DNA of 64,000 nt from an uncultured Bifidobacterium sp. (GCA_964386715.1 CAYLTD010000017.1:18344-82343), one strand, 5' to 3'. Numbered from the stretch's first letter, positions 50,199-60,900 are shown. The notes: generated by a model not told the origin, from the letters alone. A program made the numbers and translations.

Positions 50199-51782
50199 CT
50201 ATCGGATGGGGGCGGCCAGGCCGGTAATCTGGCGGTACAGCGCCTGGATGGACTGGAACGTATCGGCCTCGCCCGCGCGCTTGTCGTGCCGGTATTGCCG
50301 GACCCGCGCGAACCGCAGCGTCAGCCGTCCGGGATATTGTGCGCTCTCCTGGATCTCATTGAAGGCGATTTCCACCACCAGTTCCGGGCGGACGTAGACC
50401 ACGTGCCCGTCGCGGCCGATCTCGCGCGCCAGGAGTTCGCGCGTCTGCCACGCCAGCAGCTCGTCGGTCAGGCCCTTGAAGGTCTTCCCCAACATCACGA
50501 AGCCGCCCCGCTCGGCGTCACGGGCGCCGAGATGGAGGTTGCTCAGTGAGCCGCGGCGCCGCCCGCTACCCCACTCCGCCGCCAGCACCACGAGATCCAG
50601 AGTGTGCGCCGGCTTCACCTTCAGCCAGGCGGTGCCGCGTCGGCCGGCCGCGTACGCGGATGCCAGATCCTTCGCCATGATCCCCTCGTGGCCGGTGTCC
50701 CGCGCGCGGTCGGCGAACGCGTCCGCGGCAGCTGCCGTGGCCCCCACCGCCCGGGGCACCAGGGCGGCTGGCGGCACCGCCGCGTCGAGCACGGCCACGC
50801 GGTCAGCGAGCGGGTCGTCGACCAGTGATGTCCCGTCCACGTAGAGGCAATCGAAGAAGAACGCCGACAGTGGCAGCGAGGCCCGGACCGCCGCCGAGTC
50901 TGCCTTACGACCGAACCGCCGCATCGTCACCTGGAACGGGTGCGGCGTGCCGTCGGGCCGCAGGGCGAGCACCTCGCCGTCGAGGATGAGCTCCCGCGCG
51001 TGGAGCGCGCGGACCACATCGACGATGTCCGGAACGGCAGGGGTCACGTCCCGCAGGCTTCGCGAGTACACCCGCACCTCGTCGCCGGCCTTGTGCACCT
51101 GCACCCTGGCGCCATCGAGCTTGAACTCGAGCAGCGTCTCGGCAAAGGCGGCGATGGCGTGCTCAGGCGACGCCGCCGTGCCGGCCAGCATCGGCAGGAC
51201 AGGCGAAAACAACCGCACCGAGAAGCGGTCCAGGGCCGTCTCGCCGGCCAGCAGCACCGCCTCCGCCACGCTGCACAGGTCACCAGCCATCATCGCGGCC
51301 CGACGCACCCGCTCGGCCACCAGGCCTGCAGCGGCGGCGACCCCCTCGAGCAGCAGGCCCTCGTCGGCCCCCTGACGCAGTTCGCCGTGGAGCAGGCGCA
51401 CGAGGAAGTCCTGCTCGTCCCCGGTTGCGCCCGCGAACAACTCGCGCAGGCGCGCCACCCGCGCAGCGGTGGAGCCGCTGCCCTTGAGGGCCGTCAGGGC
51501 GGCGAAGCAGGCGTCGACCTCGCCGAGTGTCAGCGACGGTTCCAGGGCCGGCGCGACACCGGCGGCCGACCGGATCGCGGCCGCAGTCAGCCCGAGGCGC
51601 CCCTGCCTGGTCGCGCCGGTCAGGAACGACAGCGCCACGGGCACGTCGGGCACCGGCAGTTCTCGAAGAAACGATGCGAGCGCCGCGATCTTGTCGGTGC
51701 GTCCCGGCGTGCGCGAGAGCAGGGCCGATATCTGGGCCAGGGACGAGAGGCGCACACCTGTTCCGGGGCCTGCCGCCGTCAC
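50199..51782 (-). CDS. ATP-dependent DNA ligase (Lig1/LigB-like, with N-terminal DNA-binding domain)
   Basis: Adenylation motif EFKLDGARVQVHK and OB-fold end LRFARVRQYRHDK. Track ORF 50199..52031 trimmed to the GTG that overlaps the upstream TGA (GTGA). The start is uncertain. Confidence 0.8.
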   Translation of the reverse strand: MTAAGPGTGVRLSSLAQISALLSRTPGRTDKIAALASFLRELPVPDVPVALSFLTGATRQGRLGLTAAAIRSAAGVAPALEPSLTLGEVDACFAALTALKGSGSTAARVARLRELFAGATGDEQDFLVRLLHGELRQGADEGLLLEGVAAAAGLVAERVRRAAMMAGDLCSVAEAVLLAGETALDRFSVRLFSPVLPMLAGTAASPEHAIAAFAETLLEFKLDGARVQVHKAGDEVRVYSRSLRDVTPAVPDIVDVVRALHARELILDGEVLALRPDGTPHPFQVTMRRFGRKADSAAVRASLPLSAFFFDCLYVDGTSLVDDPLADRVAVLDAAVPPAALVPRAVGATAAAADAFADRARDTGHEGIMAKDLASAYAAGRRGTAWLKVKPAHTLDLVVLAAEWGSGRRRGSLSNLHLGARDAERGGFVMLGKTFKGLTDELLAWQTRELLAREIGRDGHVVYVRPELVVEIAFNEIQESAQYPGRLTLRFARVRQYRHDKRAGEADTFQSIQALYRQITGLAAPIR

Positions 51783-52387
51783 GCCGGGCGCCGGACCACC
51801 CACGTGGCCATGCTGCGCATGCCCTGCACCACGGTGCTCTTGATCGGATCGACCAGCGTGCCGCCGAGCGCAGCCGTCAGCGCGGCGAGCCGTTCCTCCG
51901 ACACCAGGAACCGCTCGCTCCCGTCGGGCAGGAGAAAGCGCCCGTTTCCGCGGGGCACGAGGCGCGCCGGCAGGCCGGTCGACGTCGCGAGGCGGCAGAA
52001 GAGCAGGCCCCCGGGCGCGAGCGCCTCCCACATGGCGTGCAGCATCGCCTCGAAGTGGTGCTCGTCACGCGCGAAGTGCAGGACGGCACTGCTGATGACC
52101 ACGTCGGCCGACCCCGGGGCAGCGGTCATCGACTCCACCGCTTCGACCCTGAAGCGGCTTTCGGGCAGCTGCGGGGCAAGGGTTCGAGCCAGGGCGCGGA
52201 CGGCGGCCACCGCCTCCGGGTTGGCATCCACCGCGGTGACGTCGTATCCCTCCCGCAGGAGGTACACCAGGTTGCGGCCGCCGCCACACCCCGCGTCGAG
52301 CACCCGCATGCCGGGCACGATCCGTTCCCGCAGCAGCAGGTCGAACAGGTAGACGTCTATGTCGCCGAACTGCGTTCGCAGGGACAC
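51779..52387 (-). CDS. SAM-dependent methyltransferase, TehB-like
   Basis: VLDAGCGGGRNLVYLLREGYDVTAVDANPEAV is SAM motif I, resembling the TehB GCGxGRN..YL pattern. 202 aa. Confidence 0.8.
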   Translation of the reverse strand: MSLRTQFGDIDVYLFDLLLRERIVPGMRVLDAGCGGGRNLVYLLREGYDVTAVDANPEAVAAVRALARTLAPQLPESRFRVEAVESMTAAPGSADVVISSAVLHFARDEHHFEAMLHAMWEALAPGGLLFCRLATSTGLPARLVPRGNGRFLLPDGSERFLVSEERLAALTAALGGTLVDPIKSTVVQGMRSMATWVVRRPA

Positions 52388-52402
52388 GTGTGTTCGTCCC
52401 CG

Positions 52403-53770
52403 TCAGAGCACGCGGATCACGTCGGACCGCGTGATGATGAAGGTCTTGTCGGTCTTGAAGTCGCGCACCAGCACGGCGGGATTTTCGGCCGTGATCATGG
52501 TGGAGAGCAGCTCGACGGGCGTGGAGGCATCGACGAACGGAAACGCCGGCAGCATGATCGTCTCGACCGGCTTGCGCTTGGCATCGGGGTCGCGGACGAG
52601 CGCGGCGTACAGGTGCGCCTCATTGAGCGAGCCGACGAGCCGTCCGTCGTGCGTGATGGAGATCTGCGAAAAGTCGTGCTCGCTCATCAGCGTCACGGCG
52701 TGCTCCACCGGCTCGCGGCAGTCGATCGAGCGAAGCTCGCCCGACAGGCCGAGCGCCACGAGGTCGCGCGCCGCCATGCCGCTCTTCTCCAGGAACCCCT
52801 TCTCGCGCATCCAGTCGTCGTTGAACATCTTCCCGAGATAGCGCGAGCCGTGATCGTGAAAAATCACGACCACGACATCGTCGGCCGTGAGATGCTCCCG
52901 CAACTGGAGCAGCCCCGCCATCGCAGAGCCGGCGGAGTTCCCCGCGAAGATGCCTTCCTCGCGGACGATGCGGCGCGTCATCAGCGCCGCGTCCTTGTCC
53001 GTGACCTTCTCGAAGCGGTCGATGACCGAGAAATCCACGTTGCGCGGCAGGAAGTCCTCGCCGATGCCCTCCGTGATGTACGGATAGATCTCGTTCTTGT
53101 CGAAGATCCCGGTCTCCTTGTACTTCTTGAACACCGAGCCGTAGGTATCGATGCCCCACACCTGGATGCCCGGGTTGCGTTCCTTCAGGTAGCGGCCTGC
53201 GCCGGAGATCGTGCCGCCCGTGCCGACGCCGACGACGAGGTGGGTGATGCGCCCGCCGGTCTGGTCCCAGATCTCCGGACCGGTCTGTTCGTAGTGGGCG
53301 GCCGAATTCGAGAGGTTGTCGTACTGGTTGGCCTTCCACGAGTTCGGCACTTCCTTCTCCAGTCGCGACGACACCGAGTAGTAGGACCTGGGATCCTCGG
53401 GATCGACGTTGGTCGGGCAGACGATCACCTCGGCGCCAAACGCCTTCAGCGCGTCGATCTTCTCCTTCGACTGCTTGTCCGTGGTGGTGAAGATGCAGCG
53501 GTACCCCTTCACGATGGCGGCGATCGCGAGGCCCATCCCCGTGTTGCCCGACGTGCCCTCGATGATGGTGCCGCCCGGCTTCAGCAGGCCGGAGCGCTCC
53601 GCATCCTCGATCATCCGGAGTGCCATCCGGTCCTTGATGGAGTTGCCGGGATTGAAGGTCTCGATCTTCGCGAGGACGGTGGCCGCAACCACGCCCTGCG
53701 TGATGCGGTTGATGCGTACCATCGGCGTGTCGCCGATCGCGTCCAGGATGGTGTCGCAGATTTTCTTCAC
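52403..53770 (-). CDS. cystathionine beta-synthase-like PLP enzyme (CysK/CBS fold plus C-terminal CBS-domain pair)
   Basis: ETFNPGNSIKDR (PLP Lys), GTSGNTGMGLA, and a C-terminal CBS pair. Track ORF trimmed to GTG (VKKICDTILDAIGDTPMVRI). 455 aa. Confidence 0.85.
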   Translation of the reverse strand: MKKICDTILDAIGDTPMVRINRITQGVVAATVLAKIETFNPGNSIKDRMALRMIEDAERSGLLKPGGTIIEGTSGNTGMGLAIAAIVKGYRCIFTTTDKQSKEKIDALKAFGAEVIVCPTNVDPEDPRSYYSVSSRLEKEVPNSWKANQYDNLSNSAAHYEQTGPEIWDQTGGRITHLVVGVGTGGTISGAGRYLKERNPGIQVWGIDTYGSVFKKYKETGIFDKNEIYPYITEGIGEDFLPRNVDFSVIDRFEKVTDKDAALMTRRIVREEGIFAGNSAGSAMAGLLQLREHLTADDVVVVIFHDHGSRYLGKMFNDDWMREKGFLEKSGMAARDLVALGLSGELRSIDCREPVEHAVTLMSEHDFSQISITHDGRLVGSLNEAHLYAALVRDPDAKRKPVETIMLPAFPFVDASTPVELLSTMITAENPAVLVRDFKTDKTFIITRSDVIRVL

Positions 53771-53984
53771 GGCCTCAGTGTACGAGCAACGGTGCCGGCG
53801 GTGCGCGTCGCACGCGCTGCCTGAGCCGTTCGGGCGCCCGGGCTCGGTGCGCCCTGCAATCACAGGGTCGAGAGGAGCCCCATCGTGTCCGCGCGCCTCG
53901 TGCGCGCGCTCACATCCGGGGGGCGTCACGGCGGAGGGCGCGCAGGGGGGCGACGAGCGATCGCGCTATAGTCGGGATGAGACC

Positions 53985-54401
53985 ATGAGCGACGCCGCGC
54001 CACCAGCGCCCACCGGAGCGAACCCGTTCACTTTCACGCGGGTCTTTCTCGCCGTGGCTGCCGCCGTCTCGGTGGGGACGCTCGCCACCACCGCGGGCGG
54101 GGCGATTGCCCTCCTGCCGCTGGTCCTTGCGCCACTGCTGGCGCTGTACTGGGTTGGCCAGCGCGCCACGGGCAACACCGCCGCCGGCTGGATGATCTTC
54201 GGCGGCGGTTTCGTGATCGTGGCCCCGATGCTGCTGTTCCTGGTCGCGCTGTCGGTCCAGTCGATTCGCCCGACCGACGGCGAGGGGGCGCTGGGCTTCG
54301 GGTTGATGCTGATGCTCGCGCCCTTCCTGCAACTCCTGGGCGTCGGGCTGCTCTACCTGATCGCCCGGCTGATCTCAGAACCGCTCGGCTCCACCCGGTA
54401 A
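53985..54401 (+). CDS. small integral membrane protein (about 4 TM), function unknown
   Basis: This is the final 138 codons of track ORF 53409..54401, starting at MSDAAPPAPTG. It has strong GC3 bias and 4 hydrophobic segments. TATAGT lies 12 nt upstream of the ATG. Confidence 0.5.
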   Translation: MSDAAPPAPTGANPFTFTRVFLAVAAAVSVGTLATTAGGAIALLPLVLAPLLALYWVGQRATGNTAAGWMIFGGGFVIVAPMLLFLVALSVQSIRPTDGEGALGFGLMLMLAPFLQLLGVGLLYLIARLISEPLGSTR

Positions 54402-54402
54402 G

Positions 54403-55929
54403 TCACGCGCGAACGGGCACCCCGTAGAGCGCGCCGAACTTGGTCCAGAGGTAGTCCACGTACGGGCCGACCTCCACGGTGTCGCTGCCCGTGGCCCGCC
54501 GCAACGTCTCGCGCGGCGTGAACTTCCGACCATGGCAGTGGAGGTTGTCCCGCAGCCACGCGCGGAGCCCGGCGAACTCGCCGTCCGCCATTTGCGCGGG
54601 CAGGTCGGGGTGTGCCGCGAGCACACGGTTCCAGATCTGCGCGGAGATGAGGCTGCCGAGCGTATAGGTGGGGAAGTACCCGACGTACCCCAGCGACCAG
54701 TGCACGTCCTGCAGGACGCCGCTCGCCATGTCGGGCACGTTTACCCCGAGATAGGTTTTCATCCGGGCGTTCCAGGCCTCCGGCAGTTCCTCGAGCGCGA
54801 TCGTACCGGCCAGCATCTCCTGCTCGAGTTCGAACCTCAGGATGATGTGCAGGCTGTAGGTCAGTTCGTCGGCCTCGACGCGGATGAACGACGGCTGCAC
54901 CTTGTTGATCGCGCGGTGAAACTGATCGACGTCCACGTGGTCGAACGGCCCGGGCACGGCAGCCCGGAGCCGTGGCAGGAAGTAGTGCCACGCCTCGCGG
55001 CTGCGGCCCACGAGGTTCTCCCACAACCGGCTCTGCGACTCGTGGATGCCCAGGGACGCGCCGCGGCAGAGTGGGGTGCGTTCCAGCGAGGGGCTGATGC
55101 CGTTCTCGTAGAGGCCATGCCCGCACTCGTGCATCGTGCCGAAGACGGCGGGACTGATGAAGTCGGGATAGTAGCGCGTCGTGAGGCGGATATCGCCGGT
55201 GCAGGTGTTGCTGGCAAACGGGTGCACGGTGGGATCGAGCCGCCACTGTCCGTCCGGAAAGCCGAAGTCGCGGGCGACGGTCCGACAGAACGCTTCCTGC
55301 TGCGCCACGGGAAACGCGCCGTGCAGGCAGGCGTCGGTCACGGCATCCGCGCGGGCCGCGATCGCCTCGATCAAGGGCACGACGGCCTGCTTCAGGGCCT
55401 CGAAGGTGGTGCGCACGTCGGCCGTCGTGGTCCCGCGCTCGAAGTCGTCGAGCAGCACGTCGTACGGCTCTGCCGCCGGCTCGAAGCAGTCGATGTAGCG
55501 GAACTTCAGGTCGAGCGTCCTGCGCAGGTGCGGCAGGAAGAGCGCGAAGTCCGCCGTCGCCCGCGCCTGCGCCCAGGCGTCGCGCGCGTGGGCCGACACG
55601 CGCGCCATCTCGCCGCGCAGGTCGGCCGGCACGCGCCGCGCCTTCTCGTAATCGACACGCGTGACGCGGATGAGACTGGCCTCGTCGGAGTCGTACGGCA
55701 GGTCCGCTTCGAACGGCGCGAGGGCATCGAGCAACCGCCCGATGTCGGGATGGACGAACATCTCGTGCGCCAGCCGGCCCAGCGTCGCCATCTGCTCGGC
55801 GCGCACCGCGGATCCGCCGCGAGGCATCATCACCTGCTGATCCCAGCCCAGCAGCGCCGCGGCCTTGTTGATGTCGTGAATCGCGGCCAGCCGCGTCTTC
55901 AGCTCGAGGAACCGGTCCTGGTTGCTCAC
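54403..55929 (-). CDS. M32 carboxypeptidase (Taq-type metallocarboxypeptidase)
   Basis: HECGHGLYE (HExxH) and DQQVMMPRGG near the N-terminus. Track ORF 54403..56199 trimmed to GTG (VSNQDRFLELK), which avoids overlap with the divergent cupin gene. 508 aa. Confidence 0.85.
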   Translation of the reverse strand: MSNQDRFLELKTRLAAIHDINKAAALLGWDQQVMMPRGGSAVRAEQMATLGRLAHEMFVHPDIGRLLDALAPFEADLPYDSDEASLIRVTRVDYEKARRVPADLRGEMARVSAHARDAWAQARATADFALFLPHLRRTLDLKFRYIDCFEPAAEPYDVLLDDFERGTTTADVRTTFEALKQAVVPLIEAIAARADAVTDACLHGAFPVAQQEAFCRTVARDFGFPDGQWRLDPTVHPFASNTCTGDIRLTTRYYPDFISPAVFGTMHECGHGLYENGISPSLERTPLCRGASLGIHESQSRLWENLVGRSREAWHYFLPRLRAAVPGPFDHVDVDQFHRAINKVQPSFIRVEADELTYSLHIILRFELEQEMLAGTIALEELPEAWNARMKTYLGVNVPDMASGVLQDVHWSLGYVGYFPTYTLGSLISAQIWNRVLAAHPDLPAQMADGEFAGLRAWLRDNLHCHGRKFTPRETLRRATGSDTVEVGPYVDYLWTKFGALYGVPVRA

Positions 55930-55989
55930 GGCGCCATTAGACCACGAACGGCGGCGGCGTCCTGCAGGCGCCTGGGGTAACCTTCGGGC

Positions 55990-56358
55990 ATGCCACGACT
56001 CATCAACCAGCCGACCATCATCCAGGCCGCGGGCAACAAGCCAAAGCGCATCGAGGAGTTCGCCGGCCGCATCAACTCGGGAGACGCCGGGGTGAGCGTC
56101 GCCCGGATGGTGTCCCCGCAGGGCTGGCTCGAACCCGGCCAGCGTCCCAGGTTCCAGGAGGTGACGCTCGTGCTCCGGGGCCTCGTGCGCGTCGAGCACG
56201 AGGGCGGCGTCACGGACGTCCGCGCCGGTCAGGCCATCGTCACCGAGCCGGGCGAGTGGGTGCGCTACAGCACGCCCGAGGAAGGCGGCGCCGAGTACGT
56301 GGCCGTCTGCACGCCGGCGTTCTCACCGGAGACGGTGCAGAGGGATGGGGACGGGTAA
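55990..56358 (+). CDS. cupin-domain protein
   Basis: 122 aa. ...VARMVSPQGWLEPGQRPRFQEVTLVLRGLVRVEHEGG...AGQAIVTEPGEWVRYS suggests a small beta-barrel cupin pattern. Confidence 0.7.
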   Translation: MPRLINQPTIIQAAGNKPKRIEEFAGRINSGDAGVSVARMVSPQGWLEPGQRPRFQEVTLVLRGLVRVEHEGGVTDVRAGQAIVTEPGEWVRYSTPEEGGAEYVAVCTPAFSPETVQRDGDG

Positions 56359-56364
56359 GACGGC

Positions 56365-56425
56365 GAGTCCTCAGTCACCAGTCCTCAGTCGCGAGTCCTC
56401 AGCCCTCATTGCTCGGTCCTCAGGC
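56365..56425. repeat. four direct copies of the word GTCCTCAG at roughly 14-nt spacing
   Basis: GAGTCCTCAGTCaccAGTCCTCAGTCgcgAGTCCTCAGCC...cGGTCCTCAGGC, between the convergent cupin and gluQ genes. Confidence 0.75.
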
Positions 56426-56452
56426 GTCAGAGCCCAGGCTGCCAGCGCGGCG

Positions 56453-57382
56453 TCACCAGGGGCCCGCGGCGGCCACTGCTGCGGCATGAGGGTCGGCCAC
56501 GAGAGGCAGCGCGTCGCGAAGCCCCACGGGGCCGGGCCGTTCCAGGAGTCCTGCAGCCGCGAGGGCCCGCCCGAACACGTCCGCCGGTGACGCCCCCGCA
56601 TCGCGCATCTCCGCGATGCTGGTATCGGCGTCGGCCTTGCTCAACTTCTGTGTCGGCGACTTCATCAGCAGCGCGTGGTGCAGGAACCGCGGAGGTCTGG
56701 GCCGGCCAAGCAACCGTGCCAGCAGGATCTGGCGCCCGGTGGATGCGAGCAGATCGTCGCCCCGCACGACGAGCGTCACGCCCTGATCGGCGTCGTCCAC
56801 GGTGACCGCGAACTGGTACGTCCAGTTCCCCTCCCGATCGCGGACCAGGAGGTCGCCGCACTGCTCGCGCGGACGCTGCACCTGCACGCCGTGGCGCAGG
56901 TCGTTGAACGTCTCGACCGAGGCAGGCAGGCGCACGCGCAGTCCCGTGCCGGGCGCCACTGGCAGGTTGCGCGTCGCGCACCGGCCGGAGTAGCGCAGTT
57001 CGAGTTCGCCTCGAGGCGAGGCCGCCTCCATGGACTCGCGGAGTTCCCGCCGGGTGCAGTCGCAGGCATACACGAGGCCGGCGCCCATCAACTGCGCCAG
57101 CGCCGCTTCGTACACGTCCTGCCGGTCGCTCTGGCGACCGGGGCACGGCCCCGCGCGGAAGGCGCTGGCCGGCGGTTCATCCGGCTCGAGGCCCAGCCAG
57201 TCGAGGTCGTCGAGAATGGCGCGTTCGTACGCGGGACGACACCGCTGGCGATCGTGATCCTCGATCCGGAGGAGGACGCGGCCGCCGTGCGCGCGTGCCA
57301 GGCCCCAGACATACAGCGCGTTCAGGACGTGGCCGAGGTGAAGAAAGCCGGTCGGCGCCGGTGCGAATCGCGTGACGATCAC
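56453..57382 (-). CDS. gluQ: glutamyl-Q tRNA(Asp) synthetase
   Basis: VIVTRFAPAPTGFLHLGHVLNALYVWGLARAHGGRVLLRIEDHD... (class I HIGH-type motif, truncated GluRS) and KLSKADAD (KMSKS-like). A GTG start is chosen here. The track's TTG at 57439 is an alternative and would overlap the upstream gene by 20 nt. Confidence 0.8.
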   Translation of the reverse strand: MIVTRFAPAPTGFLHLGHVLNALYVWGLARAHGGRVLLRIEDHDRQRCRPAYERAILDDLDWLGLEPDEPPASAFRAGPCPGRQSDRQDVYEAALAQLMGAGLVYACDCTRRELRESMEAASPRGELELRYSGRCATRNLPVAPGTGLRVRLPASVETFNDLRHGVQVQRPREQCGDLLVRDREGNWTYQFAVTVDDADQGVTLVVRGDDLLASTGRQILLARLLGRPRPPRFLHHALLMKSPTQKLSKADADTSIAEMRDAGASPADVFGRALAAAGLLERPGPVGLRDALPLVADPHAAAVAAAGPW

Positions 57383-57419
57383 CGACCCCGCCCGGGCGAC
57401 GCGCGGCGTGCCCCGGCGG

Positions 57420-57932
57420 CTACTGCAGCCACGAGACAAGCACCGACCGCATGACCTCGGGATCGTTCAGCACGCCGGCCAGCCGCCATTCGATGACCCC
57501 GTCCCTGGCGCCGATCACTGTGGGCACGCCCGTCAGCTTGAGATCGGTCCACGCCGTGCGCTCGGGATCGACGAGCCAGTGGATGCCCGGGAGCACCGGC
57601 TCCCGCGCCGCGAACGCCGCCGCCGCCGTTCGGCGCCCGCCAACGATCACAATCAGGCGGTCGAGCCCGGTCAGGTTCCACGTGCGCATGGCGTCCACCA
57701 GCCGAGCGGACGCTGGCGAGTCGGGCTGCAGGTATAGCAGAACCCAGTTGCCGGTGCTCGCCTGCTCGGAGAGCGTCACGGCCCCGCCGGCCGCCGACTC
57801 GATGACGCTGGCGGGCAGCCGCGGCTTGTCGGCCGCACGAGCCGGAGCGGCTCGGCCGCACAGCGCGACGAGCGCGCCCAGCACGATCAGCAGCACCCTC
57901 AGGTTCACGCTCTGCATGGTTCCCTCATTCAC
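57420..57932 (-). CDS. secreted thioredoxin-fold (TlpA/redoxin-like) protein lacking the CxxC motif
   Basis: Signal peptide (LRVLLIVLGALVALCGRAAPARA). Where the CxxC would sit it reads WVLLYLQPDSPASARL. It also has TGVPTVIGARDG (cis-Pro loop-like). It lies 6 nt downstream of the giant gene. Confidence 0.6.
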   Translation of the reverse strand: MNEGTMQSVNLRVLLIVLGALVALCGRAAPARAADKPRLPASVIESAAGGAVTLSEQASTGNWVLLYLQPDSPASARLVDAMRTWNLTGLDRLIVIVGGRRTAAAAFAAREPVLPGIHWLVDPERTAWTDLKLTGVPTVIGARDGVIEWRLAGVLNDPEVMRSVLVSWLQ

Positions 57933-57938
57933 GCACGC

Positions 57939-60900
57939 TCACGGGAGCGGCACCTGGAAGTTCACGATCAGCGCCCGGTCCGCGGGCGTCAGGTTCTCGA
58001 GCATGACGTCCGGATCGGTGAGCCCGGCGAGGGCCGCAGCCGCCGCCACGGCGTCACCAGAGTTGTCCGGCCCCCGCAGCAGCACGTAATGAAGCAGCGC
58101 GAGGCTCTGGCCCGGCTGCACCGTGAGCGTAGCGGTCGGCTGGATCACCCGCTGATCATCGCTCAGGAGCCGCGCGGGCACGATCGGCGCATTCACGCCG
58201 GCGTAGACGACCGCGAACGACGAGGCCTGACCCGCGGGGTCGCGATTCACCAGGTAGCCGCCAGACGTGGAGGACGGCGTGACGTCGGCCACGACGGTCG
58301 TGCTCGCACCGGGCGTGACCCACATGCCGATGGGCACGGTCCACGCACTCGGGGTCGTGTTGGTGATCACGTCGAAGTAGCGCAGGAACCCGCCGGCGTC
58401 TGGCACGAACAGCCGACGCGTGACCAGCACCCCGGGCGCGCGCTCCAGCGGCATCGGGCTCATCGTCCACTCCCGCCCGACCTCAACGGCGAACAGTGAA
58501 CAGCACACCGGGATTCCGAACCCGGCGAGCTCACCAGCCGGATTGAACGAGTTGAGCTGCGTGATCTGGGTGCCGTCGAAGAACCCGCCCTGCACCGCGC
58601 CGGCATCCCCGACGAAGTAGAAGAAGTTGTCGAAACCGGCCCGACCGATGGTCGAGCTCACGAGCCGAAGGACTCCGGCGGACAGCGTGATATCCAGATC
58701 GGTCGGCACGACGGGCGTCAGCGTGGCCGATGCTGCCCCGCCCCGATCCAGTGTGGGCACGACCACCACCACCTCGTTCCGCCCTGCCGGCAGGTTGGCG
58801 AGATCGAAAGAGCCGGCTGCATCGGTGGTCAGCTGGACCGAGCGTCTGTAGCTGCCGAGCGGGCCGGAGGCGGACACGCCGCGGACATCCACCTCCAGTG
58901 CGGTATTCGCCAGCGGCGCACCCTCCTCGTCCAGCACCCGAACACGGAGCTGGGCGAGCGCCTGGAACGAGAGGTTCAGCGTCGCCGTTTCGTCGGCGGA
59001 CACGGGCGCGTCCGCGCTGGTGAACAGCTCGCACGGGTCGAACGCGCAGTCGTCGAGCCGCGCCTGGACGTGATAGGTGCCCTCCGGCAGGCCGCCAAAG
59101 TGGAACAGGCCGTCGGAATCGGCGTCGTTCACGTCGCGCTGCTCGGCGACCTGCGGCCCGGTGACCGCCACGCGCGCGCCGGTCAGCGGCTGTCCGTCCG
59201 GCCCGGTCAGAGCGACCCTCAGCGTGCCCGGCCCCGGCGGCGGCACGACGATCCGGAAGTTCGCGACACGCAGCCGATCCTGACGCGACAGGCCGGCGAG
59301 CGCCTCGGGGTCGGCGAGCGCACCGAGAGCCTGCGCCGCCGCTTCCACGCCGGCCACGTCGTCGGGGTTGCGCGCGACGACGAAGTGCAACAGTGAGCGG
59401 CTTTCTCCAGGCTGCAGCGTCAAGGGCGTCATCGACGCGAACATCGAGAACCCGTCGTCGTAAACGAGGAACGGCAGCACCGGGGCGTCGGCTCCGCCGT
59501 AGACCACGGCGAACGATTCCGCCGAGTTGTCGCCTGCGTAGCGCACGACGTATCCGGGAGAGGTGGCCGAGGGATGGACTTCAGCGCCCCAGGAGCTGCT
59601 CTGGTTCGGCTGGGTCGCGTGTTGGGCCGTGAACGTGATGGGATTCGTCGTCGTGTTGGTGAAGGTGTCGAGCAGGCGCACGAAGGACCCCGACGCGGAG
59701 GGGCGCATGCGCCGCTGCACGACGATGCCCGGGGCCCCTGCCGCCGCCACAGGGGCGAGCGTGTACTCTGCCCCGTCGCCGCCGATCGACACGGCGGGAC
59801 TGCAGCACACGGGCGCGCCCACGTTCAGCCGGCCGGTGTAGCGGAAGGCTCCGTTGCTGACGATGGTTCCCTGCTCCACCCGCAACACGTCGACGAGATC
59901 ACCTCTCGGACCCATCGCGAAGTAACGATCCCCGGACCACAGGGACACCACGCCATCGTTCTGCGGGCATTCCGGCCGACTGGGGATACACGAGCCGTAG
60001 AGCGCGAATGCGCTGGTACTGAGCGTGACCGTCGTCGTGGACCCGGCAGTCGGCGAGGCGGTGCCGGTGGCGTAGCCCACCTCACCACTGCTCTCGCGGC
60101 GGACGGCGGCGACGAAGCTTCCTTCCGGCACGCCTGCGACGGCCAGCACGCCGTCGTCGTTGGTCGTGATCGTCCGCTCCAGTCCCTGCCCCGCACCCGC
60201 GAGCGCGGTGATCCACACCTGGACCGTTTCGTTCACCACCGGCTGGCCAGTCCCGTCGAGCACCCGGACCACTGCCTGCGGCAGGTTGTCGAACCGGAGC
60301 AGGACGTGCACGGTCGTCACGTCGTCGACCACGTCGGCACTGCCGTAGGCCGTCAGCGTGCGGCAATCCGGATCGCAGACCTCGAGTTCCGCGCGAACGT
60401 CGTAGGTGGCAAGCGCCAGGCCGGTGAACTCGAACAGCCCGTCGCCGATGGTGTCGTACGGACTGCGTTGGCGCTCGAAGTTTGCTGACGGGCGGCTCAC
60501 GATGACGCGTGCCGCGCTGTCCGGATCGCCGTTGGTGCCGATGACTTCGACTTCGACCCGGCCCGTGATCGGCAGCTGGATGGGCACGCCGGTCACGACG
60601 CTCGTGCTCGTCGGCACATCGACCTGGACCGACGCCTCCGTGCCGGCACCGTAGTCCTGTGCCGTCACGGTGAAGGTACCCGCCGGCAGCTCGTAGAACA
60701 GCCACCGGCCGTCGAAGGCGGAGTCCGCGAAGTAGGCCTGGCCATTCGATGTCGCCACGACCGACAGATCGTTCACGGGCCGTGCGCCTGACGTGGCCGT
60801 TCCGGCGACCACCGACATGGGCAGCGTGAGGGTGCCGAGATCGACCGTGGCCCCCTGCACCAGGTTGCTGCCCGGCTGCGACACCTCGATGCCCGAGTAC

